From Oceanotoga teriensis (GTDB taxonomy: Bacteria; Thermotogota; Thermotogae; Petrotogales; Petrotogaceae): a DNA stretch of 64,000 nt. The stretch spans positions 95,170-159,169 of the forward strand of contig NZ_QGGI01000001.1 of the NCBI RefSeq assembly GCF_003148465.1, given 5' to 3'. The notes under the pieces are model-generated. The model was not told the origin of the DNA, searched no databases, and was given only the letters and a program-made list of their open reading frames with translations. Both the position numbers and the translations under genes were made by a program. Below are positions 49,058 through 58,986 of this stretch, in pieces; within the stretch, counting starts at the first letter, position 1, and each line of letters begins with the position of its first letter.

Positions 49058-50269
49058 TTACTCCCTAACTTGTATAACTTTTTGACTTTTAAAAGTTATG
49101 TTATTTATTGTAAAACTGAAATTAATATTATATCTTCCAATTTTATCTAAAGTTATTTTTTTTAATTTTTCAAGATCAAATATCTCTTTATTTCCATATC
49201 CAGCTATTCCAACTCTTATTATTTTATCATTTGAATAATTATATATTTCTTCTTCAGTATCAGAAAAAGATACATTAAATGCTATATTTTGAATTATAAA
49301 TCCTTTATCTTCTGGAGATTTATTTTCAACATAACCTTTAAAATATAAATCTTGATTTTTTTCAAATGTACTCATTGTAAAATTATTAATTCCTAATAAA
49401 TCAGTTTTTTCCTCAATTTTATCCATTATATACATATTAAAGTATATGGATTTTTTCAAGCTATTCAAATCTATTAAGACATTATAAATTCCTTTTTTAA
49501 ATTTTTGAGAAAGTTCCATTTCAAATTTTTTATTCTGCATAATAGGAATATTTATGCTTCCTAAATTAAAATTATCTTCATAAATTTTATTGTCTTTTTC
49601 AAAAATACTAATCTTACCATCTAAAGTAGAATTTATTGTATCTTTAGTTATATTTTCTAACTCAAAGTTAATGATAGGTCTTTCAGATATCAAATAAAAA
49701 TCTTCTTTAGTATAAGCATTCAAAGAAAAATCATGTCTATAATCAAAAAATCTTTTTAAAATTATTGAATTTTCATTATACTTAAAAGACGCCCTTATTT
49801 CATAAAGACCTTTATCAAGTTTTGAGATTTCTTTCTCTTTTGATAAATCAAATATGAGTCTCGTTTGAAAAGAATTTAAATCTGTTTCTATTTCTTGAGG
49901 ATATAAGAATGAATATACAACTTTTGAAGTATCTTTTTTTATAATAAAAAAAGAAAAATCTTGTATTTTTACTTTTTTTGTATTATTTCCAGTATTTTGC
50001 ATTTCTACTGTGACATTAATGTTGTCTGGATAATTAAAAATTTCATCATTTCTTAAATAAAATGATATTCCATCTATTACAACATTATATTCTAAATTAA
50101 ATTTATTGAGTTTTGGCCCTATAAATATAAAAAATAACGTAGCTAAAGATAAAAATATCAATAATAAAAATGTTATTTTTTTTGTATTTTTATATTTGTT
50201 TTTTCTTTTTTTATTCTTTTCTTCATCAACTTTTTTCCATTCTTCTGGACTTTTTGAATAATAATTCAT
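49058..50269 (-). CDS. Hypothetical membrane-anchored protein with large extracytoplasmic domain
   Basis: 403 aa; a Lys-rich cytoplasmic N-terminus (KNKKRKNKYKNTKK), a single TM (ITFLLLIFLSLATLFFIFI) and ~350 aa of beta-rich, Asn-rich sequence. Confidence 0.4.
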   Translation of the reverse strand: MNYYSKSPEEWKKVDEEKNKKRKNKYKNTKKITFLLLIFLSLATLFFIFIGPKLNKFNLEYNVVIDGISFYLRNDEIFNYPDNINVTVEMQNTGNNTKKVKIQDFSFFIIKKDTSKVVYSFLYPQEIETDLNSFQTRLIFDLSKEKEISKLDKGLYEIRASFKYNENSIILKRFFDYRHDFSLNAYTKEDFYLISERPIINFELENITKDTINSTLDGKISIFEKDNKIYEDNFNLGSINIPIMQNKKFEMELSQKFKKGIYNVLIDLNSLKKSIYFNMYIMDKIEEKTDLLGINNFTMSTFEKNQDLYFKGYVENKSPEDKGFIIQNIAFNVSFSDTEEEIYNYSNDKIIRVGIAGYGNKEIFDLEKLKKITLDKIGRYNINFSFTINNITFKSQKVIQVRE

Positions 50270-50278
50270 AAACCACCT

Positions 50279-51331
50279 CTAAAAATATAATAAACCCTTT
50301 TCTTTAAGATCTTTAAATTGTTCTTCTTTAGATATAAAATTAAAATTTTTTATTCTTTCGAAGTTTAAAGTATTATTTAATAAATATTTTTTTACATCAT
50401 CATTTAATATTAAGCAATCAAAAATACTAAAAAATCCTTTTTTACCAGTATTCATACATTCTTTGCAACCTTTACCTTTACAATTTTTACAAATACCTGG
50501 TAATAATCTTTGATTGAGTATCATGTCTGTAAACTTTATTATTTCATTTTTAATACCCATAGAATAAAATCTATTTAAAACATTTTCAATACTATCAGAG
50601 TGTACAGTACTAAAAACATAATGACCCGTAGTTATTGTTTCAAATAAAAATTTTGCATATGATCTTTCTCTTATCTCACCAACAGAAATTAATTCTGGAT
50701 CTTGTCTTAAAATATACTTTAAAATGTCAATACTTTCATTATTAAGTAAAGATATTTGAACTATCCCAGATATGATATATTCAATCGGATTATCAATAGT
50801 GTGTATTTTCATTTTATCTTTTAATTTATTCAAATAATAATTTAAAGTTGTTGTTTTTCCCGATCCTGTAGGACCAGAAAATATTATAAGTCCACTTTTA
50901 TTATTTACATATTCTAATATCTTTTTTTCTATTTTTGTAGGAATATTTATATTTATTTTTTCAATATTTTTTAATTTTCTCATAACACAACTTATACCAA
51001 AAAAAGATTTCATAAATGAGACTCTATAGAAATTATCATTTAATTCGAAAGAACCATCTAAATTTTTAAAGTCTTTTATTATGTCTAATCCACAATTTAT
51101 AAGTATTCTATTTAAAAGTCTATTATATTGATTTTTAAATATTTTTTCTATTTTTATGAGATCTCCATTATATCTAACACTTATATCAACAAAATCTTTA
51201 TGAGGAGTAAAATGATAGTCTGTTATTCCATCATTATTCAACTCATAAAAAATTTTATTATATATATTATCATTATCTTCATTCTTTAAATTTTTAATGT
51301 TTATATTTTTATTCGCCCATAACATTTTCAT
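50279..51331 (-). CDS. Type II/IV secretion-system ATPase superfamily protein (PilT/GspE-like, minimal, C-terminal tetracysteine)
   Basis: 350 aa; Walker A FSGPTGSGKTTTL, an Asp box DPELISVGEIRE, a His box TGHYVFSTVHSDS, and a C-terminal CKNCKGKGCKEC zinc-ribbon-like motif; starts within or just after ftsZ. Confidence 0.7.
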   Translation of the reverse strand: MKMLWANKNINIKNLKNEDNDNIYNKIFYELNNDGITDYHFTPHKDFVDISVRYNGDLIKIEKIFKNQYNRLLNRILINCGLDIIKDFKNLDGSFELNDNFYRVSFMKSFFGISCVMRKLKNIEKININIPTKIEKKILEYVNNKSGLIIFSGPTGSGKTTTLNYYLNKLKDKMKIHTIDNPIEYIISGIVQISLLNNESIDILKYILRQDPELISVGEIRERSYAKFLFETITTGHYVFSTVHSDSIENVLNRFYSMGIKNEIIKFTDMILNQRLLPGICKNCKGKGCKECMNTGKKGFFSIFDCLILNDDVKKYLLNNTLNFERIKNFNFISKEEQFKDLKEKGLLYF

Positions 51332-52415
51332 TTAAAAACTTTTCAAGTTTTGACATTTCATCAGTAACTATCGTTTTTCCAAACTGTCTGTATAAAGCTG
51401 GTTGTTCATAAAGATCAAGATAATTATCTTCTCCAGGTAATTTATCATATCCAGAGGCAACAACTGTAACTTTTATAACTTCTGGTGGCATTTCAACTAT
51501 AGAAATTCCCATTTTGAGTTTAGCATCATCAATTGCATAAGATCTAAGAATTTCATTTATTATTCTAACATCTTCGGTTGTAGGATTCTTACCAGCTATG
51601 TTTACCAATGCAGCATTAGCATTTCTAACTTGATCTTCAAGTAATTTTGAATTCAATGCATTTTTTATAGCATCTTCAGCTCTTCTTTCACCTTTTGCCA
51701 AACCTATTCCAAGCATAGCTGAACCTTTTATTTTTAAAACAGATGCGACATCAGCAAAATCAAGATTTATCATTCCTGGTTTAGTTATCAAATCTGATAT
51801 ACCTGTTATAGCTTGGTATAAAATATCATCAGCTTTTTCAAAAGCTTTATCTATAGGTATATTTTCTCCATTATCTATTAATTTATCATTTGAAATTTTT
51901 ATTAAACTATCAACAGAATGTTTTAAATTTTGTAAACCATTTAATGCCAATCTCTCTTTTGTAGATCCTTCAAAATGAAAAGGCATTGTAACTATGGCAA
52001 CAGTTAAAATTCCCATATTAGTAGCAATATCAGAAATAACTGGTGCTGCACCAGTTCCAGTTCCACCGCCAAGTCCAGCCGTTATAAACAGTAGATCTGT
52101 TCCTTTAAGAATTTCTTTAATTTCATCAGTACTTTCAATCGCAGAATCTCTCCCCACTGAAGGATCTCCACCAGCACCTAATCCTCTTGTCAATTCTTTT
52201 CCAAGTTGGATTTTAGACTCTGTTGGATTGGATTCTAAAACTTGGACATCTGTATTAGCTGCTATAAGTTCGACATCTTCAACACCTTTTGTCACCATTC
52301 TTTGTATTGCGTTATTTCCAGCTCCACCGACTCCAATAACTTTTATAGTATAATGAGATTTCTTAGAAAATATATTTTTAGTTTTATCATTATCATCAAT
52401 TTCAAAAGGCATCAT
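51309..52415 (-). CDS. ftsZ: Cell division GTPase FtsZ
   Basis: The track ORF extends to 52535 through an out-of-context poly-Lys stretch; the real start is likely MMPFEID after GGGGGTGA. GVGGAGNNA and the T7 loop AGLGGGTGTGAAPV. Confidence 0.9.
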   Translation of the reverse strand: MMPFEIDDNDKTKNIFSKKSHYTIKVIGVGGAGNNAIQRMVTKGVEDVELIAANTDVQVLESNPTESKIQLGKELTRGLGAGGDPSVGRDSAIESTDEIKEILKGTDLLFITAGLGGGTGTGAAPVISDIATNMGILTVAIVTMPFHFEGSTKERLALNGLQNLKHSVDSLIKISNDKLIDNGENIPIDKAFEKADDILYQAITGISDLITKPGMINLDFADVASVLKIKGSAMLGIGLAKGERRAEDAIKNALNSKLLEDQVRNANAALVNIAGKNPTTEDVRIINEILRSYAIDDAKLKMGISIVEMPPEVIKVTVVASGYDKLPGEDNYLDLYEQPALYRQFGKTIVTDEMSKLEKFLNENVMGE

Positions 52416-53703
52416 CTTCACCCCCGGTGAGTTTTTGCATGATCGATTTAAAAAAACCTTTTTTATTTTTTTCTTTTTTTTCTTTCTTATCTTGAGTTGG
52501 TTCAACATTTTGATTAGTATTGTCAACCGATTCAATCATATCAAGTCTAAATCTTTCAACGATACCAAAAACTGGCAAAAATTCAGGATCATTTTTTAAT
52601 TCATCGGGAACTTCATAAAACATGTTCAAAGTAAGATTTCCTTTTCTAAAATTACTTCCCATCAAATCTTTAATAGTCATATCAACATTTTTAAGATTAG
52701 AGCCTCCTCCAGTTATAACAATTCCTCCTTGAAGTGCTCCAACTTCTGATGTTTTTTCATATCCGATTTTTGAAAGTTCTCCATTAAGTCTACTTATTAT
52801 TTCTCTTATTCTTGCAAATACTATTTTATTTAAAAGATTTTGTGAAACATATGAGTAACCACTACCAGATATCAATTCAAAGTCTATTTTTTTTATAGTT
52901 TTAGTATCTCTAAGACATACAGCTTCTTCAACTAAAAGTCTATGAGCTTCATCTTCCGAGGTTTTAAGGACATTACAAATATCTTTTAAAACATATTTCA
53001 TACCATAAGAAAAAGCATAATACAATTTTGGTATACCATTTTTAAATATTACAATTCTACACATATGATAACCAAAATCTATAACAGTTACTCCTATATC
53101 TCTATCATTAGCATTTGTAACCGCATATGCCGCAGACAAAGCCGAATCATAAATTGGTATTTGTGAATCAACTATTATATTTTTAAACACATTTATTAAT
53201 AGAGCAAATGAATTTTCAGGTACCCAAACAATATTTAATGAAGTACTTAATGATTCTTGAACAAAAAAAGATATAGGATTTCTAACGCTTTTATTATCCA
53301 GTATGAATTTCATAAATTTTGAATCAAGAATAATCTTAGATTCATCTGTATATTTTGATACTATATGATTTTTTATTTTTTTCAAGTCTGAATCTTTAAT
53401 TTCTTTTTTCTGAGAATATTCTGCAGTATAATTTTCTTGATCTATATACAAATTGTTTGTAGAATATCCTATCGCAACTTCAACATTTTTAGTCTTTTTA
53501 GGCAATTCATTTTGAAAAGAGTTTATTATTGAAGTTATAGTTTGTCTTATCGCTTCAACATCTTGAATTTCTCCATTTATAATTCCATCAGATTTTATTT
53601 TTTTATAATTTAAAGGTTTAAATTTATCATTTTCATATTCAAAAAGAATACCTTTTGTATAATAACTACCTATATCTAAACCTATTAAATACTCTTTAGC
53701 CAT
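52402..53703 (-). CDS. ftsA: Cell division protein FtsA
   Basis: 433 aa, actin-like ATPase; LIGLDIGSYYTK and GGIVITGGGSNL. Confidence 0.85.
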   Translation of the reverse strand: MAKEYLIGLDIGSYYTKGILFEYENDKFKPLNYKKIKSDGIINGEIQDVEAIRQTITSIINSFQNELPKKTKNVEVAIGYSTNNLYIDQENYTAEYSQKKEIKDSDLKKIKNHIVSKYTDESKIILDSKFMKFILDNKSVRNPISFFVQESLSTSLNIVWVPENSFALLINVFKNIIVDSQIPIYDSALSAAYAVTNANDRDIGVTVIDFGYHMCRIVIFKNGIPKLYYAFSYGMKYVLKDICNVLKTSEDEAHRLLVEEAVCLRDTKTIKKIDFELISGSGYSYVSQNLLNKIVFARIREIISRLNGELSKIGYEKTSEVGALQGGIVITGGGSNLKNVDMTIKDLMGSNFRKGNLTLNMFYEVPDELKNDPEFLPVFGIVERFRLDMIESVDNTNQNVEPTQDKKEKKEKNKKGFFKSIMQKLTGGEDDAF

Positions 53704-53723
53704 GGTAACCCCCCTAATATTAT

Positions 53724-54182
53724 CTATTCTTTAAACAACTCAGAGTTTATTAGAGTATAATTTCCTTTACTTAAATTCTCTAAAGTATTCTTTTCGAAAT
53801 ACTTTTTCAAATCTGCTTTTTCATAAAATTTTATACTAATCTTATTATAACAAATTATTTCTTTTTTTTGAAAATCTACTCTTATTATATCCTGTAGTAT
53901 TAATATACTTTTAACAATTTCTAATTCTGAATCCTTATCATCGCTAAAGATTATTTCTAAAGCATCAGGATAATGAACATCGCTTATAGCAACTACATCG
54001 TCCATAAAATTATAATAATAAAACCTTTGATTATTCTTAACAGTATATATATAATCCTTTTTTAAAAAAATTCCTTCATTTTTATAAAAAGGTGCCCCCT
54101 TGGGAACAAGGGGGAATATTATTTTTATTATCGAAAGAATGTATATTACAGTTATAAGAACTATCAAGAAAAAAGGTTTCAT
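53724..54182 (-). CDS. Hypothetical N-terminally anchored protein upstream of ftsA (FtsQ/DivIB-like position)
   Basis: 152 aa; one N-terminal TM, then a small soluble domain. It occupies the ftsQ slot of the ftsQAZ arrangement, but it is much shorter than FtsQ and has no recognisable POTRA domain. Confidence 0.3.
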   Translation of the reverse strand: MKPFFLIVLITVIYILSIIKIIFPLVPKGAPFYKNEGIFLKKDYIYTVKNNQRFYYYNFMDDVVAISDVHYPDALEIIFSDDKDSELEIVKSILILQDIIRVDFQKKEIICYNKISIKFYEKADLKKYFEKNTLENLSKGNYTLINSELFKE

Positions 54183-56108
54183 TTAAATATCTAATTCCTT
54201 AATTTTATATGCATTTTCTTCTATAAAAGTTCTTCTTAAACTTGGATCATCTCCCATTAATATTTCAATAGCTTCATTAGCCATCATAAGATCTTCTATT
54301 TTAATTTTTAACATTTTTCTTTGCTCTCTATCCATAGTTGTATCCCATAATTGGTCTGGATTCATTTCACCAAGCCCTTTATATCTTTGTAATTTATATT
54401 TTTTATCCAAATATTCTTTTTTCTTTTGTTCAAGCTCTTCATCTGTATATAAATAAAAAGACTCTTTACCAACTTCATATTTATAAAGAGGTGGTTGAGC
54501 TATATATACATGACCTTCTTCAATTAATTCTCTCATATATCTGTAAAAAAATGTCAATATTAAAGTTCTTATATGTGCACCATCTACATCGGCATCTGTC
54601 ATTATTATTATCTTACCATATCTTAATTTTGATATATCAAATTCTTCCCCTATGCCTGTACCTAGAGCAGTTGTAATATTCAATATTTGTTCATTTTTTA
54701 AAAGTTTTATCATATCTTTTTTTTCTGCATTTAATATTTTACCTCTTAAAGGCAAAATAGCCTGATAATTTCTATGTCTAGCTTGTTTAGCATTACCACC
54801 TGCTGAATCTCCTTCTACTATAAATATTTCCGATTCATTCAAATCTCTTGAAATACAATCAGCAAGTTTTCCAGGTAATGTTGAATTTTCAAATATTGAT
54901 TTTCTCTTAACAGAATCTCTAGCTTTTTTTGCTGCAATTCTTCTTCTTTGAGCAACTTTAACTCTTTCAATTATAGCCTTAGTTTCTTTAATATGACTAT
55001 CAAAATATATAGTCAAAAACTCATTCATTATATTATTAACAGATTCTCTGGCAAGTTTAGAACCCAATTTTCCTTTTGTCTGACCTTCAAAAATAGGATT
55101 AGCCATTTTAACATGTAAAATAGCAATCATACCCTCTCTTACATCTTCACCAGTAAAATTTTCATCTTTTTCTTTTAGTATATTATGTTTTTTAGCATAT
55201 TCATTTATAAGTCTTGTAAGAGCTGTTTTAAAACCAACTTCATGTTCTCCACCATCTATAGTTCTTATATTATTAACAAAAGATATTATAGTGTTTTCAT
55301 CTGAATTAGTATAACCAAGCTCAAGATCTAACTGAAGCTCTGGTTCACCTTTTTTATATAAATAAGATCCTGTTATAGATATAGAGTCTGTCAAAAGTTG
55401 TTTTTTTCTTTTTTTCATATAATAATCTAAGAATTGTTTAAGTCCACCACTAAAATGAAATTTTTCTTTTTTACCTTTTTTATTGTCCACAAAATTAATA
55501 ACTAAATTAGGATTTAAAAAAGCTATTTCTTTAAGTCTATTTTCTATTGAAATTGATTCAACTGAAATATCTTCATCTTCAAATATTTCAGTATCTGGTT
55601 TAAATCTTATATATGTTCCAGACTTATCAGATTTATCAATTATCTTAACAGGTTCATCAGGTACCCCTCTCTGATATCTTTGATAATAAACATCTCCATC
55701 TTTAAAAACTTTCACTTCAAAAAATTCACTTAAAGCATTTACAACTGAAGCTCCAACTCCATGAAGACCTCCAGAAACTTTATATGCATTTTTATCAAAC
55801 TTACCCCCTGCATGTAATACAGTCATAACTACTTCTAAAGTACTCTTTTTCTCAGTTGGATGCATATCAACTGGAATTCCCCTACCATTATCAAGTACTT
55901 CAACTGTATCATCAGCATTTAAAATAACACTGAGTTCGGTACAATAACCATTTATATGTTCATCGACTCCATTATCAACTATTTCATAAACCATATGATT
56001 TAATCCGGCTTTTGAAGTTGATCCAATATACATACCTGGTCTCATTCTTACAGGTTCAAGCCCTTTTAAAACTTTAATTTGATTACCTGTATAAGATTTC
56101 TCAATCAT
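54183..56108 (-). CDS. gyrB: DNA gyrase subunit B
   Basis: 641 aa; a GHKL ATPase (GLHHMVYEIVDN, GLHGVGASVVNA), a TOPRIM (EGDSAGG) and the QRYKGLGEM tail. Confidence 0.95.
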   Translation of the reverse strand: MIEKSYTGNQIKVLKGLEPVRMRPGMYIGSTSKAGLNHMVYEIVDNGVDEHINGYCTELSVILNADDTVEVLDNGRGIPVDMHPTEKKSTLEVVMTVLHAGGKFDKNAYKVSGGLHGVGASVVNALSEFFEVKVFKDGDVYYQRYQRGVPDEPVKIIDKSDKSGTYIRFKPDTEIFEDEDISVESISIENRLKEIAFLNPNLVINFVDNKKGKKEKFHFSGGLKQFLDYYMKKRKKQLLTDSISITGSYLYKKGEPELQLDLELGYTNSDENTIISFVNNIRTIDGGEHEVGFKTALTRLINEYAKKHNILKEKDENFTGEDVREGMIAILHVKMANPIFEGQTKGKLGSKLARESVNNIMNEFLTIYFDSHIKETKAIIERVKVAQRRRIAAKKARDSVKRKSIFENSTLPGKLADCISRDLNESEIFIVEGDSAGGNAKQARHRNYQAILPLRGKILNAEKKDMIKLLKNEQILNITTALGTGIGEEFDISKLRYGKIIIMTDADVDGAHIRTLILTFFYRYMRELIEEGHVYIAQPPLYKYEVGKESFYLYTDEELEQKKKEYLDKKYKLQRYKGLGEMNPDQLWDTTMDREQRKMLKIKIEDLMMANEAIEILMGDDPSLRRTFIEENAYKIKELDI

Positions 56109-56421
56109 TGGTACACCTCCGTATTACTTTTATTTCTTTGACTACTACTTCATTGAAATAAGAGTTTATCTTATCTATAACCTGTTTTCTCAAAAAAAGC
56201 ATTTCCTGCATTACAATATTATCTTGGCAGGAAATAATCAGTATTTTATCTCTTGGGTAATACTCAACAGGCTCTGTATAAATATTGAGCTTATCAGTAA
56301 AAAGTTCATTCCAATTTTTCTTTATTATAGAAATATTATAAACTTTTTTTATTACATTATCTTTTTTTGACATTTTTTTTAAAATGTCTCCGATAAAATC
56401 CAATATTAAATACCCTCCCAA
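56101..56421 (-). CDS. DUF721 family protein (gyrB-upstream small protein)
   Basis: 106 aa; position immediately upstream of gyrB (overlapping by 8 nt) and size typical of DUF721. A weak call. Confidence 0.5.
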   Translation of the reverse strand: MGGYLILDFIGDILKKMSKKDNVIKKVYNISIIKKNWNELFTDKLNIYTEPVEYYPRDKILIISCQDNIVMQEMLFLRKQVIDKINSYFNEVVVKEIKVIRRCTND

Positions 56422-57233
56422 TTGGTTGAATCATTTAAAATAAATTCTTTCCAATTATCCATAAGAGTTTCCGTAACTAAACCAGGAGCTGCGAATGTAA
56501 AATCAGGAAAAATTCTTCTAACCGGTACAACTCCCATTGAAGTATGGCTTAAAAAGACTTCTTCTGCTGAAAGTAATTCCCATATTTCAACATTTTGTTT
56601 TTCTTCAACTTCCATTGAAAGATTATTAGCAAGACTTAAAACATTATCTCTTGTTATACCTGGTAAAACTCCTGAAGATATATGTGGAGTAATCAATACA
56701 TTACCACTTACATAAAAAATATTTGAAAAAGTACACTCTGTAACATAACCATATTCATTTAATATAATTGATTCATAATAATAATCATATTTTTTATGTA
56801 CATATTTTATAAAACCATTCAAAGGAGATTTCACATAATATGGGATAACTGGATTAAATGGTTTACGTTCTCTGGCAATATTTATAACTATTCCATCTTC
56901 AAATACTTGATTATCTTCTATCAATTCTTCAACAAAAAAATAAAATGTTTTATTCTTAGTTGTTTCAGGAGTAATATACATTCTAAATCTAAACTCTTCA
57001 AAATTGTGTATAGTTAAAGCTTGATTAGTAACTTCAAGTAATTTATCAAATGAAGGCATATCAAGACCCATAAAGTCTGCTGATTTTTTCATTCGTTTAT
57101 AATGTTTTTTTAATGCAAATGGAATCTTTTTATAAGTTCTAAAAACTTCATATACAGTATAACCACTCATAAACCCCATATCATCTGCGTTTATCAACGG
57201 ATACTCTACCCATTCTTTACCATTATAAAACAT
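56406..57233 (-). CDS. Class IV aminotransferase (branched-chain/D-amino-acid aminotransferase or aminodeoxychorismate lyase family)
   Basis: 275 aa; fold-type IV PLP enzyme pattern (GYTVYEVFRTYKK, ECTFSNIFYV, GVLPGITR). Confidence 0.7.
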   Translation of the reverse strand: MFYNGKEWVEYPLINADDMGFMSGYTVYEVFRTYKKIPFALKKHYKRMKKSADFMGLDMPSFDKLLEVTNQALTIHNFEEFRFRMYITPETTKNKTFYFFVEELIEDNQVFEDGIVINIARERKPFNPVIPYYVKSPLNGFIKYVHKKYDYYYESIILNEYGYVTECTFSNIFYVSGNVLITPHISSGVLPGITRDNVLSLANNLSMEVEEKQNVEIWELLSAEEVFLSHTSMGVVPVRRIFPDFTFAAPGLVTETLMDNWKEFILNDSTNWEGI

Positions 57234-58533
57234 AAGAACTCACTCCTTCATCTGAAATATCTTGTATTTTAACCCTGTAAAATTTATTTTTTACAGGATT
57301 TATATTTTTAAAATCACATTTATGATGAATATAATATTCATCATACCCATAAATATAGTTATCATCAATTTTTTCAGAAAGAATAGTAACTTCTTTTCCA
57401 ATAAGTTCTTTTCTATAATCTTCTGATATATTTTTACTATTCAAATTAAGAGTTTCAATTCTATCTTTTTTTATATTACCAAGTACCTGATTTTCCATTT
57501 TAGATGCTTTAGTACCTGGTCTCGCCGAAAATCTAAAACCATGAACTTTTAAAATTTTCATGTCTTTTATGGAATTTAAAAGTTCTTGAAAATCTTCATC
57601 TTCCTCATATGGAAATCCAACAATTATATCGCTTGTAATAGAAAAAAACTTATCTCTTTCTCTAAATAATTCAATAGCCTCAATTATTTTATTTTTGTCA
57701 TACTTTCTTCCCATAAGATTTAATATTTTATTGGAGAAGTGTTGTATTGAGAGATGTACATGTTTTTCAAATATTTTAGAATTAAAAATAATTTCAACCA
57801 TTTTTTTATCTACATATTCTGGATACATAGAAGTCAATCTTATTCTAATATCATCTTCACCAAAATTTTCTTCTATCTTTTCTAAAAGTTCTGTTAAAGT
57901 TTCTGCATTGTCAAATCCAAATTGGTTTAAATTTATTCCGGTAAGAACTAATTCTTTATATCCAAGATCTATATAATTTGATATGGCTTTTAAAACTTTA
58001 TTTATAGGAAGTGATCTTATCGAAGTTCCACGAGAAAATATTATTCTGCAATAAGAACATGCATTCAAACAACCTTCTTCAATGGGTATAAATATCCTTG
58101 TTCTATCATCAAAAGACTTTTCAGGAGTTATTATCTTATCTTGATTTTTTAACCAATAAGATTTATTTAGAATAACTCCTGAATCATTTATATATTTATC
58201 TATAAATTTTTTTTCAAGATTTCCTAAAACAAGATCTGCTCCTATATCTTTAAGTTTTTCTGCATCGGTATGAACATAACAACCCACTGCAATAACTTTA
58301 ACATAATTATTTTTTCTTTTAATTCTTCTTATTAGTTGTCTTATTTTCCTTTCTGCCTCAGAAGTAACTGTACATGTATTAATAACATAAATATCATTTT
58401 TTCCGTTTTTTTCATCAAAAGTTATATTGTAACCTATACAGTTCAACTTATCCGCCATAGCTTGCGTTTCAGCTTGATTAAGTTTACAACCAAAAGTAAT
58501 CATAGAAACATTTTTACTCATCTTCTTCGCCAA
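57223..58533 (-). CDS. mtaB: MiaB-like tRNA methylthiotransferase (likely MtaB)
   Basis: 436 aa; an N-terminal UPF0004 cluster (FGCKLNQAE...INTCTVT), radical SAM CLNACSYC, and a C-terminal TRAM-like region. Confidence 0.8.
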   Translation of the reverse strand: MAKKMSKNVSMITFGCKLNQAETQAMADKLNCIGYNITFDEKNGKNDIYVINTCTVTSEAERKIRQLIRRIKRKNNYVKVIAVGCYVHTDAEKLKDIGADLVLGNLEKKFIDKYINDSGVILNKSYWLKNQDKIITPEKSFDDRTRIFIPIEEGCLNACSYCRIIFSRGTSIRSLPINKVLKAISNYIDLGYKELVLTGINLNQFGFDNAETLTELLEKIEENFGEDDIRIRLTSMYPEYVDKKMVEIIFNSKIFEKHVHLSIQHFSNKILNLMGRKYDKNKIIEAIELFRERDKFFSITSDIIVGFPYEEDEDFQELLNSIKDMKILKVHGFRFSARPGTKASKMENQVLGNIKKDRIETLNLNSKNISEDYRKELIGKEVTILSEKIDDNYIYGYDEYYIHHKCDFKNINPVKNKFYRVKIQDISDEGVSSYVL

Positions 58534-58975
58534 TCTCTCCTCTTGCTGCTTTACTCAAAAGACCTATTCTTCTTATAATACCTACAAGTTTATCATCATG
58601 ATCAACAACAGGAATTATTTTTAATTTATTTTTTATTATTACATCGGCAACATGTAAAACAGTATCATCAATATATACTTTAAATGGTTTATCGCTCATA
58701 AAATCAGATACTGGTTTATCAAGTATTTTGGATAATCCTTTAAAAAATTGATGACTATCAGGTATAAATGCTGAGCTTTCCATTAAACTCAAATATCCCG
58801 GTAAAGAAGCACTTATAACTCCACTTTCACTTAAATATCCTACTAATTTAAAATCTCCATTTATAACAGGCAATGCAGATAATCCATGTCTCTGACAAAT
58901 TTTTATAAATCTTTCTATATTTTCATCTTCCATAATCGAAGTTAAATCTCTTTGCATTATATCTTTAGCTTTCAT
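58514..58975 (-). CDS. CBS domain pair protein
   Basis: 153 aa; two CBS repeats (DIMQRDLTSI...ALPVINGDFKLVGYLS and VSDFMSDKPFKVYIDDTVLHVADVIIKNKLKIIPVVDHDDKLVGII). Confidence 0.7.
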   Translation of the reverse strand: MKAKDIMQRDLTSIMEDENIERFIKICQRHGLSALPVINGDFKLVGYLSESGVISASLPGYLSLMESSAFIPDSHQFFKGLSKILDKPVSDFMSDKPFKVYIDDTVLHVADVIIKNKLKIIPVVDHDDKLVGIIRRIGLLSKAARGEIGEEDE

Positions 58976-58986
58976 TCAGAACACCT

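Noticed and set aside
51309-52535. Long N-terminal extension of the ftsZ ORF containing a KIRKKKKKKIKK poly-lysine tract
   Set aside because: The extension is just the reading-through of an A/T homopolymer region inside the 3' end of ftsA in another frame. A strong RBS (GGGGGTGA) plus ATG-ATG at about 52415 gives a normal FtsZ N-terminus, so the extension is not real.
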